Assembly (NCBI GenBank): GCA_051418015.1
Contig: JBPRGF010000018.1
Span: 55,427 to 119,426, forward strand
Length of the DNA stretch: 64,000 bases
Reading direction: 5' to 3'
Origin: Candidatus Nitrospinota bacterium M3_3B_026
GTDB lineage: Bacteria; Nitrospinota_A; UBA7883; JBPRGF01
Part shown: in pieces, positions 1-9,595 of the stretch
Position numbering within the stretch: the first letter of the stretch is position 1
Layout: each line of letters starts with the position of its first letter
The notes under the pieces: generated by a model
Seen by the model: the letters and a program-made list of their open reading frames with translations, nothing else
What the model was told of the DNA's origin: nothing
Database searches by the model: none
Program-made: the position numbers and the translations under genes

Positions 1-511
1 CGGCGGTGTACTGGTTCACGAAAACGCCGTTCAGGGCCACGCGGACGTCAACCATCCGGGCCAGGGCCCCGCGGTTTATTACCAGGTCGTTCAGGACGGT
101 GTGGAAGGCCACGTCCCGGCCCTCGCGGGAGATGACCACGTCCAGCATTATCCTGTCTTCGTAACGGTAGTCCCCCGCCAGCACGCGCTCCAGGGCTGGG
201 ATGGTCTGCTCGTAGGCGAACTCCGCGAGAAAACCGAGGCTGCCAAGATTGACACCCAGGATGGGGACGGCGCGTTTTTCCATCATCCGGGCGACGCTCA
301 GGAAAGTCCCGTCGCCGCCCATCACCACGATGAGGTCGGCCCGGTTTACAAGGTCCACCTTTGTCAGGTCGGACTCCATGCCGGCCCTGGCGGCGGACTC
401 CGAGTCTATTATGTAGTCAATCCCCCGCTCGGCGAGCCACTTCACGAGCCCCGTCACCCCCTCCGCGGCGAGGGGGCTTTTTACCTTGGCGACTATTCCT
501 ATGAGTTTCAT
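1..511 (-). CDS. nadK: NAD(+) kinase, 3' end runs off the window
   Basis: Not in the ORF track. Manual minus-strand translation gives MKLIGIVAKVK...LIVVMGGDGTFL...PILGVNLGSLGFL...VLNDLVINRG, with the GGDGT and ND motifs. Confidence 0.9.
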   Translation of the reverse strand, partial: MKLIGIVAKVKSPLAAEGVTGLVKWLAERGIDYIIDSESAARAGMESDLTKVDLVNRADLIVVMGGDGTFLSVARMMEKRAVPILGVNLGSLGFLAEFAYEQTIPALERVLAGDYRYEDRIMLDVVISREGRDVAFHTVLNDLVINRGALARMVDVRVALNGVFVNQYTA

Positions 512-678
512 AAAGCCGTCCTTCATGAACACGGGGCGGCGAGGCCCCGGCAGGCGGTTACAATATCACAAACGACGCGGCGGAGAAACGCCGCCGCCCT
601 GGCCCGGCAGTGATGTTTCGGAGCGGCGCTGAAAGAAACCTCCCGCCGCGCAAGGGGGGCGTGTGAAAGTTCCCGGTG

Positions 679-1848
679 TCAGGACGGATGCTCCCCTCCG
701 GCGTACTCCCTTCTCAAAGCCTTCGCCTCGGAGAAACCGGGGTCGAGGGCGAGGGCGCGGTCGAGCGCTTTTATGGCTTTATCCTTCTGGCCGGACTCGT
801 ATAGGGCGCGGGCGAGGTTATAGTACAGTCCCTCGTCGTTTTTGTCCACGTTGAGCGCTTTTATGTATATGTTTATCGCCTCGCCGTGTTTGCCCTGTTT
901 TCTCAGGGCGATGGCCATCCTGTTGTATAGGGGGATCTTGTCCGGGCTGATGTCCAGCGCCGCGCCGAAGGCGCCCTCGGCCTTCTGGTAGAGGCCTTTG
1001 TCGAGGTAGGCGTTTCCTATCTGGGTTCTGTTCTCGACGTTGCCCGGCTCCATCCGAGTCGCCTTGTCGAAGGCGCCGTCGGCGGCCTCCACCATGTCCG
1101 CGCCGAGATAGCTTTTGCCAAGCTCCACGTTCGTCTCGGCGTCGGCGTTTTTTCTCTTCGCCGCGCGCTCCAGGACGCGGACGGAGGCGAGGTAGTCCTT
1201 CTTGCGCTGGAGGGCCACGCCGAGCCACTTGTCCACCTCCGGGTGGCGGGAGTCGATCTGCTTTGTGTTCTGGAAAGCGGCGATGGCCTGGTCGTGCATC
1301 TCAAGCTCCATGTAGCATCTGCCCTGCATAAAGACAAGCCCGGGGTCGGTGAATTCATCCGCCGCCTCCCTGAAAAGCTTCAGGGCGCCTTCGAAATCGC
1401 CTTTGTCAAAGAGCTTCCCAGCCTTTACCGCCGTCTCGGCGGCGAGGGCTTTAAGGGTATCCGTCTCCATGCCGTAAAGCCCGAAGATCATGTCCCGCAG
1501 CTCGTCCGGGCCGAAGGGGCGCGAAAGCCAGTTTTTAACCCCCATCTCCTTCATCTGCTCCATCTCGCGGCGGCTCAGCTTCGGGACGATCATCACGAAC
1601 TTTATCCTGGCAAGCTCCCTGTCCTTTTTAAGCGAGGAGAAGACCTGCGAGCCGGAGTACCTTGGCAGGGTGTAGCTGACCAGCATCAGCTCCGGGGGAT
1701 CTTTTTTTATCCCCGTCAGGACCTGCAGCCCGTCGGTCATCTCCGACACCACGCCAAAACCCGCGTCCCGCAAGGCTTCGCGGGTGTTCCTCGCCTCGGC
1801 GGGGTTGTCCACCACCAGGATTTTTATGCCGGAAAGGTCGTGCGCCAT
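679..1848 (-). CDS. Atypical receiver domain + TPR repeat protein
   Basis: N-terminal REC-like pattern (ILVVDN...LMLVSYTLP...LSRPF) followed by several TPR repeats (e.g. LYYNLARALYESGQKDKAIKALDRAL). Confidence 0.8.
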   Translation of the reverse strand: MAHDLSGIKILVVDNPAEARNTREALRDAGFGVVSEMTDGLQVLTGIKKDPPELMLVSYTLPRYSGSQVFSSLKKDRELARIKFVMIVPKLSRREMEQMKEMGVKNWLSRPFGPDELRDMIFGLYGMETDTLKALAAETAVKAGKLFDKGDFEGALKLFREAADEFTDPGLVFMQGRCYMELEMHDQAIAAFQNTKQIDSRHPEVDKWLGVALQRKKDYLASVRVLERAAKRKNADAETNVELGKSYLGADMVEAADGAFDKATRMEPGNVENRTQIGNAYLDKGLYQKAEGAFGAALDISPDKIPLYNRMAIALRKQGKHGEAINIYIKALNVDKNDEGLYYNLARALYESGQKDKAIKALDRALALDPGFSEAKALRREYAGGEHPS

Positions 1849-1930
1849 AGCGGTAAGGTGACAGGTTGACAGGTATTTCCGGGCCTGCGGCCGTTAAGGC
1901 CAATTAAATCATAGCACACAAGGGCATGGC

Positions 1931-3145
1931 TTACAGGCCGCCGTCGTTTTTGATCCTTGAAAGGAGGAGCCACCCCGCCACGATGAAAAGAGCGAGCGAC
2001 AGGACCGCGAGCCGGTACTGGGCCGTCCCGCCGAGGGGCGAAAAGACCATCACGATCACGCCCCAGACCATCGGGCCCGTTATGGAGGCCGCCTTGCCCG
2101 CCAGGTTGAAAAGCCCGAACATCTCCCCCACCCGCCCAGGGGGCGAAAGCCGTACCAGCAGCGACCTGCCGCAGACCCAAACCCCGCCGATGGCCACCCC
2201 CGCAAGCGGGCCCACAAGCCAGAACACCGCCTCGTTGAAAGAGACCGCCGCCCAGAACAGCGTGAACACCCATGTCCCCAGGACGCCCTTCAGGGCCGAG
2301 AGCGGCCCGAATCTGTTTGAAAGCCGCCCCCAGAAAAGAGACCCCGCCGCCGCGCCCAGCGTGGAGAGAACGAAGAAGACCGTAAGCCGTCCGCCGCTCA
2401 AGCCGATCACCTTGTCCGCGTAGACCGACATGAAAGCGATCACGGTGTTTACCCCGTCCAGGATGAAAAAGTTCGCCAGAAGGAAGATGAAAAGGTCACG
2501 GTTGGAGCGGGCCTGCCTGAAAGTCTCCGCCACGCGCCTGAAAGCCCCCATGACGTTCATTCTCTCGAACGCGCCACGCCGCTCGTCTCTGACCCATGCG
2601 AACAGGGGAAGGGAGAAAAGGAAAAAAAGCGCCGCCGTCGGCGCGAAGGCCGCCGTGCGTCCGTAGTTTTCGGCCACCGGGAGGACGGCCAGGAGCCCGG
2701 CTATCGCCCCGATGTATCCCAGGCCTACGCCATATCCGGCGACGGTGGGGACGGACGTCCCCCGCGCCACGGCGGGCAGCAGCGCGTCGTAGAAGACCAG
2801 CGAGGCGTTGTACATGTAATTGGCCGCAACGAACAGGGCCAGCCCCGCCCACAGCGAGGAGACGCCGCTGATGGCCGCCGTCGCCGTCACGCAGACGATG
2901 GTCGTGAGCGCCAGCGGCCTTACCCTGCGGCCGGTTTGGTCCGACAACGCCCCCAGGACAGGCGCCGTGACGGCCATGAGGAGCATGGAGGAGGAGAGCG
3001 CGATGGAGTAATAGATGTCCGGGGCGCCATGATCGACGGTGACCCACAGGGGGAAATAGCGGGAGACGACGTTCATGGAGAAGATGGTGTTGGCGAAATC
3101 GTACAGAGCCCAGCCGAGGATAGCCCTCGGCGCCCGTTCCGCCAT
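1931..3145 (-). CDS. MFS transporter (UMF1/ATG22-like)
   Basis: About 12 hydrophobic segments; WALYDFANT start, VFYDALLP and GEMFGLF motifs. Confidence 0.85.
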   Translation of the reverse strand: MAERAPRAILGWALYDFANTIFSMNVVSRYFPLWVTVDHGAPDIYYSIALSSSMLLMAVTAPVLGALSDQTGRRVRPLALTTIVCVTATAAISGVSSLWAGLALFVAANYMYNASLVFYDALLPAVARGTSVPTVAGYGVGLGYIGAIAGLLAVLPVAENYGRTAAFAPTAALFFLFSLPLFAWVRDERRGAFERMNVMGAFRRVAETFRQARSNRDLFIFLLANFFILDGVNTVIAFMSVYADKVIGLSGGRLTVFFVLSTLGAAAGSLFWGRLSNRFGPLSALKGVLGTWVFTLFWAAVSFNEAVFWLVGPLAGVAIGGVWVCGRSLLVRLSPPGRVGEMFGLFNLAGKAASITGPMVWGVIVMVFSPLGGTAQYRLAVLSLALFIVAGWLLLSRIKNDGGL

Positions 3146-3352
3146 CTTCTTTCGCCCGCCGCCTCTTTATCTTGTGTAACTTCGGTTAAACTAGTATATT
3201 AACAGCGTTATACCGCTTTTTTAAGGAAGGCGGCAGGCCCGCCCCGCGCGGGTCTCTTTCAGGACGGCCGCGCTTCGCGGTTTCCAGCGGGTCAAGGAGC
3301 CGGTGGTGATGCATGGCGTTGTTCCAGGAGTGTTTTATCCCCTCGCTGTCCC

Positions 3353-4825
3353 ATGAATGAAAAGAAAAAACAGCCGGACGACAAGACGGACAGTATAGAC
3401 CTCGAGGCGCTCCTGCGCGAGAAGGAAAAGCTTGAGTCGCTGATCAAGCGCAAGTTCTCCAAGGAGATAACGGTGATGTTCACCGACATCACCGGGTCGA
3501 CGCAGATCGCCGAGGAGATAGGCGACCTGGCGATGCGCTCCCTGCTCAAGCGCCACTACGACATCATCTTTCCCATAGTGGAGGGCGCCAACGGCACACT
3601 GGTCAAGACCATGGGCGACGGCACCCTGTCGTATTTCCTGAGCCCAGCCGACGCCGTCCGGGCCGCCATCGGCATCCAGCGCGGATTCCAGGAGCACAAC
3701 AGCGACAAGAGCAAGATACCCCTTCTCATCCGCTGCGGGCTCAACACGGGCCTTGGCATAGTGGAAAAAAAGGACATCTACGGCGACGTGGTGAACGTGG
3801 CCCAGCGGTTCGAGGCGCTGGCGGGGCCGGGGGACATTCTCCTGTCCGAAGAGACGCGCAGTCTCGTGGAGGGTGAAGAGGACATATTCGTCGTCTTTTT
3901 CCAGGAGGCGAGGATAAGGGGCAAGGTCGGCGTCCAGAGCATATACAAGGCCCTTTGGGATGAAAAGGAAATAGAGTCCCACAAGAGGCTTTCTCCTGAA
4001 GAGCGCGGGAAGCTGGCCACGCCAAACGGCGTGGCGACGGCGGACGTCCCCCTCGAGTGGGGGGACAGCCCTCCCACGACCCAGACCGTCCGGCTTCGGG
4101 CGGAGCCGGACGCGAGGCTGCTGGTGGAGCAGAGGGGGCGGGAGCCTGTCTTCTACGACCTCGCCGGGAAGGAGATGATAATCGGCCGTTCCCCGAAGGC
4201 GGACATTCACCTGCCGGAGGCTTTTGTGTCCCGCAGGCACGCCAGGATATACGAGGTCGGCGGCGGGTACCACATCGAGGACCTGAAAAGCCACGTCGGG
4301 GTCCGCCACAAGGGGGAGAAAATAGTCTCCCGCCCCATGAGCGACGGTGACGAATACACCATCGGGTCCGTCAAGCTCGTCTTCCAGATGAAGCGGGACG
4401 AGGCCGCCGGGGAGGAGGACTCCTGGTCCGACGGGAGCGCGACGATGGCCTTCGAGGCCGGGCGGATACTCAGCCTCGTCGTCGAAAAAGAGGGGCGGAT
4501 AATCGCCCACCACGGCGTCTCCGAAAAGCCCATGACCATCGGCAGGGCCGAGGGGCGCCAGATCAGGCTGGAGAGCCCCATGGTCTCCCGCAAGCACGCC
4601 AGGATATATAAATCCGGCGAAGGGGCGAGGGTGGAGGACCTCGGCAGCAACAACGGCACCTACGTCAACGGCAAAAGGGTGGAGGAGGCGGACGTCTCCC
4701 TGGGCGACGAGATAAGGATCGGCCCCTTCGCCCTCCGGGTGGTCAACCCCGCCCAGCCCCTGGACAAGGGCGACGCCAACGCGAGCATGGTGGCGCGGCT
4801 TTTTTCGTTCCTTTCGAAGAAGTAG
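3353..4825 (+). CDS. Class III adenylate cyclase with two C-terminal FHA domains
   Basis: Cyclase motifs VMFTDITGST, VKTMGDG, DIYGDVVNVAQR; FHA motifs IGR...VSRRHARI and IGR...VSRKHARI...DLGSNNGTYVNG. Confidence 0.85.
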   Translation: MNEKKKQPDDKTDSIDLEALLREKEKLESLIKRKFSKEITVMFTDITGSTQIAEEIGDLAMRSLLKRHYDIIFPIVEGANGTLVKTMGDGTLSYFLSPADAVRAAIGIQRGFQEHNSDKSKIPLLIRCGLNTGLGIVEKKDIYGDVVNVAQRFEALAGPGDILLSEETRSLVEGEEDIFVVFFQEARIRGKVGVQSIYKALWDEKEIESHKRLSPEERGKLATPNGVATADVPLEWGDSPPTTQTVRLRAEPDARLLVEQRGREPVFYDLAGKEMIIGRSPKADIHLPEAFVSRRHARIYEVGGGYHIEDLKSHVGVRHKGEKIVSRPMSDGDEYTIGSVKLVFQMKRDEAAGEEDSWSDGSATMAFEAGRILSLVVEKEGRIIAHHGVSEKPMTIGRAEGRQIRLESPMVSRKHARIYKSGEGARVEDLGSNNGTYVNGKRVEEADVSLGDEIRIGPFALRVVNPAQPLDKGDANASMVARLFSFLSKK

Positions 4826-4887
4826 CGCCGCCGGTTTGAACCCGCGCCCTCCTTCGGATACGATGTTTGGATCAATTCAACGTGTCT

Positions 4888-5583
4888 ATGACCACGATAG
4901 CGGATAACATCGCCGAAGTTCGCCGCAGGATGACCGCCGCCGCCGCCAGGGCGGGGCGGGGCGCCGCGCCGGTAAGGCTCGTGGCTGTGACCAAAAACGT
5001 GGACGCCGCCAGGGCGGCGCAGGCCGTCGAGGCGGGGGTCGAGGACCTCGGCGAGTCGCGGGTCCAGGAGGCGCGGGCCAAGTCCGGCGTGATCGGCCCC
5101 GGGGCGCGCTGGCACATGATCGGCCCGCTGCAGACGAACAAGGCGAAGTACTGCCCGGGGCTGTTCACGCTCATCCATTCAGTGGACAGGCGGGAGCTTG
5201 CGCGGGAGCTTGCGCGCCGGGCGGAGGCGGCGGGGACCATGCTGGAGGCGCTCTTGCAGGTTAATATATCCGGCGAGCGGCGAAAGTCCGGCTGCGCGCC
5301 GGAGGAGGCGGAGGATATTTTAAAGTCCATATCGGGTGAGGCCGGGCTTAAAATAAAAGGTCTGATGACCATACCGCCCTACAGCGAGGACCCGGAGGAC
5401 TCCCGGCCCTTTTACAGGGCGCTGATGGAGCTGCGGGGGGACCTTGAGCGGCTGGGAATAGAGAACGTCTCCCTCGATACGATATCGGCGGGGATGACGG
5501 GCGATTTCGAGGTGGCTGTCGAGGAGGGATCGACACTGGTCAGGGTGGGGACGGCGATATTCGGCGAGAGGGTTTACGGCTGA
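4888..5583 (+). CDS. yggS: YggS family PLP homeostasis protein
   Basis: LVAVTK, GESRVQE, WHMIGPLQTNK, GLMTIPP, VRVGTAIFG; lies upstream of proC. Confidence 0.92.
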   Translation: MTTIADNIAEVRRRMTAAAARAGRGAAPVRLVAVTKNVDAARAAQAVEAGVEDLGESRVQEARAKSGVIGPGARWHMIGPLQTNKAKYCPGLFTLIHSVDRRELARELARRAEAAGTMLEALLQVNISGERRKSGCAPEEAEDILKSISGEAGLKIKGLMTIPPYSEDPEDSRPFYRALMELRGDLERLGIENVSLDTISAGMTGDFEVAVEEGSTLVRVGTAIFGERVYG

Positions 5584-5614
5584 CCGTCGCCGGAGCGGGC
5601 TGAAGGGACAGGAT

Positions 5615-6451
5615 ATGCTGAAGGACAAAAAGATTACGGTAATAGGCTCGGGGTTCATGGGCGGGTCGCTCGTCCGCGGGCTGGTCAAAAGCGGCGCGGC
5701 GGAGGCGGCGAACGTCATGGCGGCCGACAGCAGGCCGGAACCGCTCGAGAAGCTGGCCTCGGAGCTTGGCGTCCGGACGTCCACGGACAACGCCGAGGCG
5801 GCCGCCTTCGGGGATATCGTGATCCTCGCCGTGAAGCCGGGGACGGCGCCCGCGGTGGCGGCCGAGGCGGAGCCCTCGCTGGGACGCGAAAAGCTGGTGA
5901 TCAGCGTGGCCGCCGGGGTTTCCTTGTCGAGCCTTTCATCCTGGCTTCCCGCCGGGGCCAGGATCGTCCGGGCCATGCCGAACGTGGCCGCGGCGGTGGG
6001 CCAGTCCGCCACGGCGTTCTGCGCGGGCGGCGCGGCGGACGAGGCGGACGCCGAGCTTGCCAGGGAGGTGTTCGAGGCCGTCGGGACGGCGGTGGAGACG
6101 CCCGAGGGGCTGATGGACGCCGTGACGGGCCTTTCCGGCTCGGGGCCTGCGTTCGTCTTCACGTTCCTGGAAGGGATGATAGACGCCGGTGTGCGCTGCG
6201 GCCTTGCGAGGGACGCGGCGGCGGCGCTGGCCGTCCAGACGCTTAACGGCGCCGCCAGGCTCGCCATGGAGACCGGCAAAAGCCCCTCGGCCCTGAAGGA
6301 GACCATAACATCGCCCGGCGGGACAACCATAGCCGGCCTCGCCGTCCTGGAGGAGGCGGGTTTCAGGGGAATAATCATGCGCGCCGTGGAGGCGGCCGTG
6401 GAGCGGTCGAGGCAGCTTGGCAAGGGACAAACCGGAAAGGGAAGGGATTGA
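5615..6451 (+). CDS. proC: Pyrroline-5-carboxylate reductase
   Basis: IGSGFMG, RAMPN, TGLSGSGPAF, TSPGGTT. Confidence 0.95.
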   Translation: MLKDKKITVIGSGFMGGSLVRGLVKSGAAEAANVMAADSRPEPLEKLASELGVRTSTDNAEAAAFGDIVILAVKPGTAPAVAAEAEPSLGREKLVISVAAGVSLSSLSSWLPAGARIVRAMPNVAAAVGQSATAFCAGGAADEADAELAREVFEAVGTAVETPEGLMDAVTGLSGSGPAFVFTFLEGMIDAGVRCGLARDAAAALAVQTLNGAARLAMETGKSPSALKETITSPGGTTIAGLAVLEEAGFRGIIMRAVEAAVERSRQLGKGQTGKGRD

Positions 6452-6757
6452 ATGTTCGTTTTTGGCAACTTTTTGATGGCGCTGGGGCAGGTCCTGAACA
6501 TCGCGCTCACCATCTATCTGTGGGTGGTGATAATACGCGCGTTGATATCATGGGTCAGCCCTGATCCATACAACCCCATTGTGCAGTTTTTGTACCGGGT
6601 GACGGACCCCGTCATGCGCCCCATACAGCGGGCCATCCCCATGGCGGGGGGGATAGACTTCTCGCCGATCGTGCTGATCCTGGGGATATATTTTCTCCAG
6701 ATATTCCTCGTCAACACGCTCATACAGTTCGGCCGGTCGCTCAGCGGCGGCATGTGA
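6452..6757 (+). CDS. yggT: YggT family membrane protein
   Basis: LISWVSPDPYNPIVQFLYRVTDP and IDFSPI motifs. Confidence 0.92.
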   Translation: MFVFGNFLMALGQVLNIALTIYLWVVIIRALISWVSPDPYNPIVQFLYRVTDPVMRPIQRAIPMAGGIDFSPIVLILGIYFLQIFLVNTLIQFGRSLSGGM

Positions 6758-6769
6758 CCATGACGGCCG

Positions 6770-7072
6770 ATGGGCGGACGGGAGAAGCTGGATATCAGGG
6801 CCGACGGGGATGGGGCGAGGTTTGCCGTCCACGCCGCGCCGCGGGCCTCCCGGCCGGGGCTGGCCGGCGTCCACGGGGGCGCGCTGAAGGCGCGGCTGGC
6901 CGCGCCGCCGGTGGAGGGCGCCGCCAACGAGGAGCTTGTCGCGCTCCTGGCGAAGGCTCTGGGGACGCCGAAGCGTGGTATAACCATAGTCAGCGGCCAC
7001 GCCTCGAAAAGAAAGACGGTGAAGGTGGACGGCATGGGGCCGGACGACGTTTTGAAAAAGCTTGGTGTATGA
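6770..7072 (+). CDS. DUF167/YggU family protein
   Basis: APPVEGAANEELV and SGHASKRK; follows yggT. Confidence 0.85.
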   Translation: MGGREKLDIRADGDGARFAVHAAPRASRPGLAGVHGGALKARLAAPPVEGAANEELVALLAKALGTPKRGITIVSGHASKRKTVKVDGMGPDDVLKKLGV

Positions 7073-7079
7073 TAAGCGC

Positions 7080-7466
7080 ATGAGAAAACTCCGGCTGGCG
7101 GCGGCGATTGCCTGCCTGCCCTTCGTATCCGGCTGTTTTTACCTCATGGCCGGCGGGGCCGGCGCGGCGGGGACGTATGTCTGGATGAACGGCGCCCTCG
7201 CGCGCAACTACAAGCAGCCCATGGAGACGGCGTGGGAGGGGACGCTTCACGCCTTGCGCGTCCTGCGTATGCCCGCGGAGGAGAAACGCCACGACGCCTT
7301 CTACGGCGTCATCAAGGCCAGGATGGCCAAGGGCGACGATACCCTCAAGGTGACGCTGGAACGTTGGACGGAGACGGAGACGAAGATCACCGTCCGGGCG
7401 GGGGTTCTGGGCGACCGGAAAATCTCCGAGGGGGTCCACGAGGAGATAGAAAGGGCGCTCAAGTGA
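7080..7466 (+). CDS. DUF3568-like lipoprotein
   Basis: Lipobox VSGC, Gly/Ala-rich GAGAAG stretch, C-terminal ITVRAGVLGD. Confidence 0.7.
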   Translation: MRKLRLAAAIACLPFVSGCFYLMAGGAGAAGTYVWMNGALARNYKQPMETAWEGTLHALRVLRMPAEEKRHDAFYGVIKARMAKGDDTLKVTLERWTETETKITVRAGVLGDRKISEGVHEEIERALK

Positions 7467-7506
7467 GCCGCGGGGGCGCTTTACGGCTGGTTTTCGCAGT
7501 GGAAAA

Positions 7507-8424
7507 TTGTTAGGAATATCCACCTGCTGGCGATCCCGCTCCATAACGGACGGGGCCGCCCTGGCCCGCGAGACGCTGGAGCTTGGCGCGAAGGCCGTGG
7601 AGCTGGATTTCAGGCTCGCTCCCGAAACGCTGGCCGGTCTCCTGAAAGAGCTGAAAAAGGCGGACGTCCCCCCTGTCTCGATACACGGCATATGCCCCGC
7701 GCCGCAATACAAAAAAAACCCGCAGGCGGCGGAGGCTTTCGACCTGAGCGCGGATGACGAGCAGGAACGGCGAAAAGCCGCCGGCGACGCCGCCGCCACG
7801 CTGCGCCTGGCCGGGGAGGTCGGCGCCCGGGCCGTCGTCCTGCACCTCGGCTCCGTCCCCATGGAGAGGGCCGAGCCAGAGCTGCGCCGCCTCTGCGACA
7901 GGGGGCTGATCCGCGCGCCGGAGGGGCAAAGGATAATAAACGAGCTCAGGATAAAAAGGTTGAGAAGCAGGGGGGCGACCTTCGACCGGCTGCTCAAAAG
8001 CCTGGAGGAGATAGCCGGGGAGGCTGAGAAACTGAAGGTCCTCGTGGGGCTTGAGAACCGCTATCACATGAGCGAGTATCCGGCCTACGAGGAGCTGGCG
8101 GTGATATTCCACCGCTTCTCCGGAAGCTTTTTGAGGTACTGGCACGACACGGGCCACGCCACGGCGCAGGAGAACATGGGCGTGACGCCGGGGGACGCGT
8201 ACCTGCGGGACTTCGGAGATGTCCTGGCGGGCGTCCACCTGCACGACGTGGACGGCTACACGGACCACCTCGCGCCGCCCGCCGGGGGCAGGGAGGGCGT
8301 CGACTTCGAATCGCTCCGAAAACATCTGAAGCCGGACACCATAAAGATACTCGAGCTCGGCCCCGGCGTTCCGGCCGAGGATGCCCGCCGCTCCCTGGAA
8401 TGGCTCTCGGAGCGGGGTTTTTGA
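7507..8424 (+). CDS. Xylose-isomerase-like TIM barrel (sugar phosphate isomerase/epimerase family)
   Basis: SIH, VVLHLG, LENR, WHDTGHA, VHLHD, DHL metal-binding motifs; TTG start. Confidence 0.75.
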   Translation: MLGISTCWRSRSITDGAALARETLELGAKAVELDFRLAPETLAGLLKELKKADVPPVSIHGICPAPQYKKNPQAAEAFDLSADDEQERRKAAGDAAATLRLAGEVGARAVVLHLGSVPMERAEPELRRLCDRGLIRAPEGQRIINELRIKRLRSRGATFDRLLKSLEEIAGEAEKLKVLVGLENRYHMSEYPAYEELAVIFHRFSGSFLRYWHDTGHATAQENMGVTPGDAYLRDFGDVLAGVHLHDVDGYTDHLAPPAGGREGVDFESLRKHLKPDTIKILELGPGVPAEDARRSLEWLSERGF

Positions 8425-8434
8425 GGGGAGTCCG

Positions 8435-9586
8435 ATGAAAACCGTCGGGTTTGACCTGCGGCCCCTGCAGGGCGGCTACAAGGCCAGCAAGACCCGCGGG
8501 ATCGGGGTATATACGAGAAACCTTATAAAAAGAAGAAACCTCATCCCCGAGGGGCTCTCCCCGGCCGCGTTCCACGACCCCCTGTATGAAAGCGAGGAGG
8601 CCGGAGAATACGGCTCCGCCCCTTACAGGCTGAACGCGGTGGAGATTTTCCTGAAACGCCGGATGGGCGAGACCGCGAGCCAGTACACGCTGATGCGGCG
8701 CGTGGTGGAAAGGACGGCGCGGGCGGCTGGCGCTGGGCTGATGTTCTTTCCCACCCACCTGGATGCCCCGCCGGGGCTTTCCATCCCCTACGCCGTCACG
8801 GCGCACGATATGATCCAGGCGGTCATGATGGAGCGGTTCTACGGCTCGCGCAGGAGCAGGGCCGTGTTGAGAAAGCAGATAGCGGCGCTCCAGGGAGCCA
8901 GGCTCGTGATCGCCGTCTCCGAACACACGAAAGGCGACGTCGTTCGCCTCGCCGGTGTTGAGCATGGCAGGATCGCCGTGATCCACAACGGCGTGGACGA
9001 GGTGTTCCGGCCCGGCGCGCCTCCGCCGGGGCGGTTTGTCCTCCCGGAGAGGTTCATCCTGAACGTGGGGGGGATCGATCCCCGCAAGAACGTGGACCTG
9101 CTCCTCGGCGCCTTCACCGGTTTCGCGAAACAGAGGCCCGAGTACGGTCTGGTCATGACCGGCGCCATGGAGAACGATCCCGAATATCCCCGTTTCCTGC
9201 GCCTTGTGAGGGAGCTGGAGCTGGAGGGAAAGGTTTTTACCCTGGGATACGTCACCCAGGGGGAGCTTGCCGGTCTTTACGGCCTGGCGGATGTTTTTCT
9301 CTACCCCAGCCTGTACGAGGGCTTCGGCCTGCCCGTGCTGGAGGCGATGGCCTGCGGCGCTCCCGTGGTGGCGGCGGACCGCTCGTCCGTCCCCGAGGTG
9401 GCGGGAGACGCGGCGATCCTGCTGGACCCGAACGAACCGGAGGCTTTCACGAAGGCTCTATTGACCCTGGCGGACTCGGAGGATGGGCGTAAAAAACTCT
9501 CCAGAGCGGGCGTGGAGCGGGCCGCCGGTTTCTCGTGGGACACCTGCGCGGAGAGAACGTACGAGGCGCTCGCCTCGGCGTTGTAA
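8435..9586 (+). CDS. Glycosyltransferase family 4 (GT-B)
   Basis: RGIGVY, TAHDMI, PRKN, YPSLYEGFGLPVLEAMACG. Confidence 0.9.
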   Translation: MKTVGFDLRPLQGGYKASKTRGIGVYTRNLIKRRNLIPEGLSPAAFHDPLYESEEAGEYGSAPYRLNAVEIFLKRRMGETASQYTLMRRVVERTARAAGAGLMFFPTHLDAPPGLSIPYAVTAHDMIQAVMMERFYGSRRSRAVLRKQIAALQGARLVIAVSEHTKGDVVRLAGVEHGRIAVIHNGVDEVFRPGAPPPGRFVLPERFILNVGGIDPRKNVDLLLGAFTGFAKQRPEYGLVMTGAMENDPEYPRFLRLVRELELEGKVFTLGYVTQGELAGLYGLADVFLYPSLYEGFGLPVLEAMACGAPVVAADRSSVPEVAGDAAILLDPNEPEAFTKALLTLADSEDGRKKLSRAGVERAAGFSWDTCAERTYEALASAL

Positions 9587-9595
9587 CGCGGGGCT

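Noticed and set aside
101..613. 170-aa plus-strand ORF
   Set aside because: Antisense to the NAD kinase gene on the minus strand.
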